64,000 nucleotides of DNA from Acinetobacter phage EAb13: sequence record OQ717042.1; one strand, 5' to 3'. Both the position numbers and the translations under genes were made by a program. Every line of letters starts with the position of its first letter. The first letter of the stretch is position 1. Below, in pieces: positions 58,024 through 64,000 of the stretch. The notes beneath the pieces are model-generated. The model did no database searches, was not told the origin of the DNA, and saw only the letters and a list, made by a program, of their open reading frames with translations.

Positions 58024-58776
58024 ATGTTAAGCAACGATACGTCAAAGCATCCGAAAGTGACGCAAGAACAGATTCTAATGGTCAGTAAAATTCTATTGGG
58101 CACCCTGAAAGACCCAAAATATTTAGATGACTCACCATATAGTGTAATGATGCGTCGTACTATCCATGATCAAGTGGACCATGTAAAGAAACTGTTTGAA
58201 CAAGGAAAAGCTGCTACCAGCCAGATAGAAAAACCAAAACTTGTTGCTCCTGAGCCAATTCCAAAGCAACAGGTTGAATTACAGCCACGGCCACAGACAT
58301 TAAGCCGAGCTGATATTGTTCGTATCGAACGTGAAGAAAAGGAAAAAGTAGAAGCTGAATATCGTGAACAAGCACGAATTAAAGCTGAACGTGAAGCCAA
58401 GATGCAAGCCGAAGCAGAAGCTGCCCGTGAGGAAGCGGAAATTCAGGCAGCATTTTCAACCATATCGGAAGGTATTGAAGAACGCTCTCAGGAATATCGA
58501 GATCAGTTCGGCATCCTTATCCGTATGGAAAGATTGATTCGCTCAGTAACTAAAATTGCTGATACCAGTACAACAGATTCAAGCCGTTTATCTGCAGTAA
58601 GTAAAGCCATGGAGTACCAAGACAAACAAGTGGTTGTTCTGCAGCAGCTTTTAAACATTGAAAAAGTTGACAAGATTGAAAAAACAACACGTAAGTTCTT
58701 CACTGAATTGAGAAAACATCCAGACCTCAATGTAATTGCTGAACGCTACTTAACCCTATTAGATAATATTGAGTAA
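58024..58776 (+). CDS. hypothetical coiled-coil protein, E/K/A-rich (250 aa)
   Basis: First gene of the + strand operon after the divergent region. Confidence 0.55.
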   Translation: MLSNDTSKHPKVTQEQILMVSKILLGTLKDPKYLDDSPYSVMMRRTIHDQVDHVKKLFEQGKAATSQIEKPKLVAPEPIPKQQVELQPRPQTLSRADIVRIEREEKEKVEAEYREQARIKAEREAKMQAEAEAAREEAEIQAAFSTISEGIEERSQEYRDQFGILIRMERLIRSVTKIADTSTTDSSRLSAVSKAMEYQDKQVVVLQQLLNIEKVDKIEKTTRKFFTELRKHPDLNVIAERYLTLLDNIE

Positions 58777-58780
58777 TACA

Positions 58781-61462
58781 ATGTCAGAAAATATTTTCCG
58801 CGACCACGCACCGTTTTACTATGCAAAAGGGATAAACGTTATCCCTTTATATTGTGAATCAAAAAGACCACTGATCAATGCGTGGTCTGATTATTCTGAC
58901 TTTCCAATTACACCCGAAGTGCAAAACGTTTGGCTGCAGCTCCCAGATAATCACAACATTGGTGTGGTACTGGGTAAACAGTCTAACCTTGGTATGCTTG
59001 ATATCGACTATGCGGATGATGCGTTAATCGCTGAAATCCGTAAAATTTTGCCCGAAGGTTATGATAAGTGGACCCGTGTTGGTAAAAAAGGGATGGTGTT
59101 TGCATTCCGTTTTAACCCAAATGTGCCACGTGCTTTTAAATTAATCTCAAAAGAACACGGTACGATCTGTGAATATTTATGTACAGGTCAGCAGGTAGTA
59201 TTACCACCTTCGATTCACCCTGAGACTAAACAACCATACACGGCCAATAGTAATCTATGGGAAATCGTTGACCAATTACCGATGATTCCAGATGATCTTG
59301 AGGAAAAATTACGAAGCCTTATTGAACTCAAGGGTATCAGCTTGAGCAGTAAAGGTGTGGGTTCTTTAATTGAACACATACCTGCAGGTTTCCGTGACTC
59401 AAACCTCACACAAAAAGCTGGTTATCTTGCCAATGAAGTAATCCGTGGTCGTATTACTTTGCAGCAAGCTATCGACGGTCTATATGTAATTAACGAAGCT
59501 TTCACTGAAAAAGTGGAAGGTGACTTAATGGATATGGACAAGCACATCACCAACTTGATCAAATTTTTGAAGAAATCATTAATTTCTCAAAAAACTATGT
59601 TGCCTGCAGGTTGGGATGACAAGCTTGATTCAAAATTAAAAGCACAGCTGACAAATGATGATGCTTTTGTCACCGAAGAAAGTTATGAAGAAATTTTTGC
59701 TTGGTACACAGTAGAAGCTGACAATGCGTCGGACGAAAGTGCTCAACTGAATTTACTTGATGACGCTGTATTTAAAATCGCCCAAGTAAAGCAAGAGGAT
59801 AATATCCGTGAGACTTTCATCATCAATAAAATTGTTGAAAAGTCTGGCTTGCCAATTAAAGCTGGTGATGTAAAAGCACGTATCAGAAGCAAGCGTAATG
59901 AACTTCAAAAAATCATGATGGTTGGCACTGACGACAATGGTGAGAACGGGGTTGAAATTACCTTGAACACTCACACAGAAGTTGCCGCTGCAGCTCTCGA
60001 TTTTCTTGGAATGATGAACCCGATTCGTGTGGATGCTGGTGCACTTTACCGCTTCATGGGTAGTCATTGGGTTCTTTATCCACCAGAACAGGTCAAGCAA
60101 TTTATTGCCAAAAACTATATCAGTCTGGATGTGATGAAGCGTAACTCAGATATTGATGGTGTCTATAAGCAAATGCTTATCTTGGCAGAGTCTGGTTTAG
60201 AGCGTGAATCTAGCAGCTATGTAAACGTAGCCAACGGTATGATCGTGGAAAATAACACGGCTCGTATCACCAAAGATTCACCAGAAATGGAAACCAAGAT
60301 TCAGCAGGTTCGTGACAATGTTCTGCAGTCGCCACAAGTAAAAATGGGCATGTGGACTGACGAGCAAATTAATGAAGCTCAAGAAAATGCTGTCAAGCGT
60401 TTTATTGATGGTATGAACACACCATTGCACTTTATCAACCATACTGAAACTTATGGTGCAACGTATGTTTTACCATATCGCTATTTACCAGAAGCTGCAG
60501 GGAAAATGCCTTTATTTGAACAGTTTCTCAAAGACTGTTGGGGCCATAGACCAGATTACGCAGAAACTGTAGCTGCACTACAGGAAGCACTTTATGTGTC
60601 GTTCATGGGTTGTGCAACCAAGTACCAACGTGCTTTCTTGCTTTATGGTGTAGCAAATTCTGGTAAATCAGTATTGCTTAAAATCGTGGCTTCGTTATTC
60701 CCAGATGAAACTAAGGCCAGTGTTAGCTTTGACCGTATGCATGAAAACCGCTACTTTGTTTCATTGCATCGTAAAAACATCAATATCATTGGCGAATTAA
60801 GTGAACGTAAACGTATCGAAGGTGACATTTTCAAGTCAATCATTGACGGTACGCCTATGTCAGCTTATCACCTGTATCGTGAGTCATTTATGTTGAACCC
60901 GATGACAGCACATTGGGCAGCTTCAAATCACTTGCCAAAAACTTATGACAGTTCCGAGGGCTTCACACGTCGCTGGTTATTTTTTTGGTTTGATCAACAG
61001 GTTGCACAGGATAAAGTGGATGTGGACTTGGCTAAGAAAATTATCAGCCAAGAACGTGAAGCTATCTTTGCTTGGGCTTTAGAAGCTGGTCAGCGCCTGA
61101 TTAAAAATCAAGGTTATACGCTGCCGAAAAGTCATAAACAGTTGCTGTCAGTATTGGCTTGTCAAACTAACCCAGCATTGTTTTTCTTGATCAAGGACCC
61201 AAGCATTGAAATCCAGAAATATATGCCTGAAAACAAGCAGAAGGAAGTGTATGAATGTACGGAACTTGACTTACATTTGCAATTCCGTCAGTTTATGAGA
61301 CTAGGGGTTGGTTCTAATAAGAATGTTGAAATGCAAGATTTCCGTCATATGCTTGATGAAATTATCAAGTCGCGTGGCATTGAGCGTTTCACACGTGAAG
61401 GCGATATCAATCAATGGTATCGTGGCATTAGAATCAAAAACATGAACATGAAGATGAAGTAA
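58781..61462 (+). CDS. bifunctional primase-polymerase (Prim-Pol) / SF3 (D5/P4-type) helicase
   Basis: N-terminal YYAKGINVIPLYCESKRPLINAWSDY Prim-Pol-like region; C-terminal Walker A GVANSGKS and Walker B region; ATG 58781 preferred over TTG 58769. Confidence 0.8.
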   Translation: MSENIFRDHAPFYYAKGINVIPLYCESKRPLINAWSDYSDFPITPEVQNVWLQLPDNHNIGVVLGKQSNLGMLDIDYADDALIAEIRKILPEGYDKWTRVGKKGMVFAFRFNPNVPRAFKLISKEHGTICEYLCTGQQVVLPPSIHPETKQPYTANSNLWEIVDQLPMIPDDLEEKLRSLIELKGISLSSKGVGSLIEHIPAGFRDSNLTQKAGYLANEVIRGRITLQQAIDGLYVINEAFTEKVEGDLMDMDKHITNLIKFLKKSLISQKTMLPAGWDDKLDSKLKAQLTNDDAFVTEESYEEIFAWYTVEADNASDESAQLNLLDDAVFKIAQVKQEDNIRETFIINKIVEKSGLPIKAGDVKARIRSKRNELQKIMMVGTDDNGENGVEITLNTHTEVAAAALDFLGMMNPIRVDAGALYRFMGSHWVLYPPEQVKQFIAKNYISLDVMKRNSDIDGVYKQMLILAESGLERESSSYVNVANGMIVENNTARITKDSPEMETKIQQVRDNVLQSPQVKMGMWTDEQINEAQENAVKRFIDGMNTPLHFINHTETYGATYVLPYRYLPEAAGKMPLFEQFLKDCWGHRPDYAETVAALQEALYVSFMGCATKYQRAFLLYGVANSGKSVLLKIVASLFPDETKASVSFDRMHENRYFVSLHRKNINIIGELSERKRIEGDIFKSIIDGTPMSAYHLYRESFMLNPMTAHWAASNHLPKTYDSSEGFTRRWLFFWFDQQVAQDKVDVDLAKKIISQEREAIFAWALEAGQRLIKNQGYTLPKSHKQLLSVLACQTNPALFFLIKDPSIEIQKYMPENKQKEVYECTELDLHLQFRQFMRLGVGSNKNVEMQDFRHMLDEIIKSRGIERFTREGDINQWYRGIRIKNMNMKMK

Positions 61463-61481
61463 TGCTAACGAGATAATTGCT

Positions 61482-61643
61482 ATGCCACAACGTGAACTTA
61501 CGCAACAGGAAAAGGCTGAGCAGGCAGAACGCGAACGGTTATGTCGTCGTTTCCTGAACACCTTTGAGGGAATCGGGTGGTTCCTATTGGTCATGGTCTG
61601 TGTGTTTATCGCGCACAGCAAAGGGCTGTTGCCCTTCCCGTAA
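61482..61643 (+). CDS. small protein with C-terminal TM helix (53 aa), not in ORF track
   Basis: ATG 61482; GIGWFLLVMVCVFIAH hydrophobic segment; followed by terminator. Confidence 0.3.
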   Translation: MPQRELTQQEKAEQAERERLCRRFLNTFEGIGWFLLVMVCVFIAHSKGLLPFP

Positions 61644-61671
61644 CACTAACACAAACACTAATACAAGTAAT

Positions 61672-61694
61672 GGCCCCGTTTGGGGCCTTTTGTT
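61672..61694 (+). terminator. rho-independent terminator
   Basis: GGCCCC-gttt-GGGGCC followed by TTTTGTT. Confidence 0.75.
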
Positions 61695-62236
61695 CGGCCG
61701 TGGCTTTGGCACAGGCTGGGGCTAAGGCACAGGCACCGTCACATTCTGGGTCTGGGCCACGTAGTAGGTCACGTACTACTGAAAAATGAGACGAAAATTT
61801 TTAGAACGGAGATACTGAACACTGTCGCACCCCACCAGCCTTCTTGTAGCAGAAAAAGCTACCTACCCTTCTGGGTGGCCGTGGCTAAGTCATTGAAAAT
61901 GAAATAGAAATAAAATATTTTAATTATTTTTATTAGTAGTGTTGTACTACAAATCATGTAGGGATATCATGAGCACATACCAAGCAGACAACGCTTAGTA
62001 TAGCGATAAGAACGCCACTTATTCGTGCGACTGGATAGTATACCTTTAACCGTAACTATTCGCTAGTCCAAACCATTATTTAAAAACTTGATAAGGTCGT
62101 TATCTATATATCTATAGTAATGTCTTATATTCGAGAATCGGACTTAACCACAGTACCGACGGTATAAACATTATGTATATAGTTAATTACCAAAAAAACG
62201 GTTTTATACTAGGCTAAGCACTCAACACTCAACAAT

Positions 62237-62301
62237 GGCCGTGGCCGTGGCAATGTCTGACTCATTAACACATTATCAGACAATGCCACTGACACGGCCA
62301 C
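62237..62301. promoter_or_regulatory. extended imperfect palindrome upstream of gene 62356
   Basis: GGCCGTGGCCGTGGCAATGTCTGA-15 nt-TCAGACAATGCCACTGACACGGCCAC; inner 12-bp arms (62249-62260 / 62276-62287) are perfect reverse complements. Confidence 0.6.
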
Positions 62302-62355
62302 AACTAACATTTAAATGTTATAACCAAGCCTAACGGCTTTTAGGAGTACACACTC

Positions 62356-62943
62356 ATGACTACAATCAATGACAAAGTATTAACTACTTTAAACACTCTT
62401 TCCAATACTGGAAAGAATGCAACAATCCTTTTAACCATTGCTAAAGCAATCAATGCAGATAAAGCATTACCCGCATGGGCAGAGGATACACTAGGGCAAC
62501 AGTTCTTTATTAACGTACTTACATCATCGGAGCGTACCATTGCTAAGGTATGTAAAGATGATTCATACCATGATTTACGCTCTATTGTGAATACATGGAA
62601 TAAAGCACAACGCTTGACAGTGGCACAGTATGAGACACTTAAAACGCTTATGACTATCAAAGTATTTCAAAATAATGAAGTATTGAAAGACATTAAAGCA
62701 CAAGCGGAAATGGTAGCAGCTTTGGCGGTTACTAAAGCCTTAATAGGTTGTCATGATGTAACAATCACGGGCAATGAAGTACAAAAGAAACAAGCCAAAG
62801 CAACGGATTATTTCTCTAACCTTGAAGCATTCAAGGCGGGCATTGATTCAGTAGAAAATGCGGACGATTTAGCGTTAATGATGGAAATCATCCAAGCGCG
62901 TTTAAATGCACAAGCACAAGCACAACACAAGAAAGTGGCATAA
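62356..62943 (+). CDS. hypothetical protein (195 aa) flanked by GGCCGTGGC motifs
   Basis: ATG with AGGAG RBS; helical, K/A-rich. Confidence 0.55.
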   Translation: MTTINDKVLTTLNTLSNTGKNATILLTIAKAINADKALPAWAEDTLGQQFFINVLTSSERTIAKVCKDDSYHDLRSIVNTWNKAQRLTVAQYETLKTLMTIKVFQNNEVLKDIKAQAEMVAALAVTKALIGCHDVTITGNEVQKKQAKATDYFSNLEAFKAGIDSVENADDLALMMEIIQARLNAQAQAQHKKVA

Positions 62944-62975
62944 TCAAGGCCACTTTCACGGCCACAAGGTTTTTT

Positions 62976-63101
62976 ATGAAATACGTCCTTTATGTAACCT
63001 TGGCAGTAGCTATAGGCTACTGCCTTTTTCACAACGCTGCCCAGCAAATCCAGCAACGCGACGAGCAAACGCAACGCCAAATATTGAACATTGACCAATA
63101 A
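62976..63101 (+). CDS. possible small membrane peptide (41 aa)
   Basis: ATG after AAGG; but contains a strong hairpin plus T-tract (63003-63031) internally, so it may be non-coding. Confidence 0.2.
   Translation: MKYVLYVTLAVAIGYCLFHNAAQQIQQRDEQTQRQILNIDQ
63003..63031 (+). terminator. rho-independent terminator
   Basis: GGCAGTAGC-tatag-GCTACTGCC followed by TTTTTC. Confidence 0.6.
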
Positions 63102-63104
63102 GAA

Positions 63105-63132
63105 AAGCAAACAAACCAGTTTGCTTTTTTTA
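63105..63132 (+). terminator. rho-independent terminator
   Basis: AAGCAAAC-aaacca-GTTTGCTT followed by TTTTTTATT. Confidence 0.65.
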
Positions 63133-63202
63133 TTGGTCGCGCATTTGGCGGGGCCGTGGCAGTGGCAAAACCCATATAACTGATTTTTTAAGGAATTTTG
63201 AA

Positions 63203-63598
63203 ATGACGCACAAAATTTTTGACAAATTGCCTGATTGTGATTTACCACAATATCGCACTTACACAAGTCCAGATTTTAATATGAACGCATACATTGCCAA
63301 GGTGTTTGACAATAGTCGAGCATACCGAGAAGCTTTTAACTTGCCGTATGATATGAAAGGCAGTTTGGAAAAAATAGCGATTGGAAATGTACGAGTTATA
63401 GACTTGCTAAGGATGAACACACGACCATTTCTTGATGCTAAATTTTTAAAAGAAAAGGCTAGAGAATTTAAAGCTCAATTAGATGAAGCATGGACTGATC
63501 TTGCGAATAATGAAGCTTATAGTTTTTATTATATAAATCGTGATTCTGCATTAACTCATGATATTTATTTTATTTTAAATACTATTTTAGAGTATTAA
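63203..63598 (+). CDS. hypothetical protein (131 aa)
   Basis: ATG with AAGGAATTTTGAA RBS. Confidence 0.55.
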   Translation: MTHKIFDKLPDCDLPQYRTYTSPDFNMNAYIAKVFDNSRAYREAFNLPYDMKGSLEKIAIGNVRVIDLLRMNTRPFLDAKFLKEKAREFKAQLDEAWTDLANNEAYSFYYINRDSALTHDIYFILNTILEY

Positions 63599-63653
63599 TT
63601 ATAAGGTAAATATTTAGAATAAATTTTGAGCATTTATTAACTTTTATTTTAAA

Positions 63654-63843
63654 TTGACACGACTAGAACAAGTTACGTTCGCCGTGTCAAGGACTTTTTA
63701 AAAGTTGATCAAAATTTGTACCGAAAAAATGTGATTTTTCTGTCATTTCGGTCAATTTGGTTAAAAAAGCGTCAAAGTTTATAAAAATGTATTTTGATCG
63801 AAATTTGCACGATTTCGGCCAAAAGTTAGGTTTCGGCCAAAAG
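63654..63843. repeat. iteron-like repeat cluster in AT-rich non-coding DNA
   Basis: Palindrome TTGACACG (63654-63661) ... CGTGTCAA (63683-63690). Three copies of TTTCGG(T/C)CAA at 63746-63755, 63814-63823 and 63831-63840, the last two inside the 13-mer TTTCGGCCAAAAG. Near-repeat AAATTTG(T/C)ACCGA at 63710 and AAATTTGCACGA at 63797. Confidence 0.55.
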
Positions 63844-64000
63844 CTGAAATTTTAAGAAGTACCATTTTGCTTGGGTGTAACTTTCTAGGATAACAATTTA
63901 AATTTTATTTTTTCATGTGAGAGAGAAATGAAAAATATAGAATAATAGTATAGCAAATATATAAATGTAACAGAGTATGTAAAATATATGTCTCTTACAC

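Larger units (their letters stand above)
61696..63160. repeat. dispersed array of GC-rich 9-mer GGCCGTGGC (both orientations) in AT-rich DNA
   Basis: Direct copies at 61696-61704, 61877-61885, 62237-62245 and 62243-62251 (tandem-overlapping), 63152-63160. Inverted copies (CACGGCCAC) at 62293-62301 and 62957-62965. Several copies are followed by GGCA/TGGCA. Confidence 0.7.

Noticed and set aside
1-64000. CRISPR array, diversity-generating retroelement, integrase/repressor (temperate module), or Z-base (PurZ) cluster
   Set aside because: No regular direct repeat-spacer array was found. No reverse-transcriptase (YADD) motif was found near the fibre genes. No tyrosine/serine recombinase or CI-like repressor motifs were seen. 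No adenylosuccinate-synthetase-like (GDEGKG) protein or HD phosphohydrolase accompanies the MazG-like gene.

Overview
This window reads as a near-complete tailed-phage genome segment of about 40% GC. The structural module is lambda-type (siphovirus-like). No integrase, repressor, CRISPR array or transposase is visible in the window.

The coding layout has three blocks.
- 1-33054 (+ strand): replication and nucleotide-metabolism genes. These include an SF2 helicase, a 5'-3' flap exonuclease, a family-A DNA polymerase, a Zn-ribbon protein, a PD-(D/E)xK nuclease, a DEDDh exonuclease, SbcD/SbcC, a MazG-like protein, a ThyX-like protein and class I RNR NrdA/NrdB. Embedded in this block are three paralogous fibre-like genes (7355-12444), a lysis cassette (12530-14205) and a 1.7-kb coding-poor segment (14206-15900) with one clean tRNA-Asn and further tRNA-like 3' modules.
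- 33092-57694 (- strand): a lambda-order morphogenesis operon. It runs gpA-like terminase, portal, protease/scaffold, gpD-like decoration protein, major capsid protein, five head/tail completion genes, major tail protein, G/GT chaperones with a -1 frameshift site, a 2096-aa tape measure with an SLT domain, M/L-like proteins, a split K (NlpC/P60 plus JAMM), I, J and a distal fibre. A bidirectional terminator at 33061-33094 separates it from the RNR genes.
- 58024-63598 (+ strand): an early-type operon with a Prim-Pol/SF3 helicase fusion. It is followed by an AT-rich region carrying an array of the GC-rich 9-mer GGCCGTGGC (61696-63160) and by iteron-like repeats (63654-63843).

The features most worth follow-up are the GC-rich 9-mer array with its flanking palindrome, the tRNA-like and inverted-repeat segment after tRNA-Asn, the three fibre paralogues sharing an N-terminal module, the split and reordered K, the G/GT frameshift, and the lack of a small terminase gene next to terminase.

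All calls rest on reading the sequence and motifs by eye. No database search was possible.
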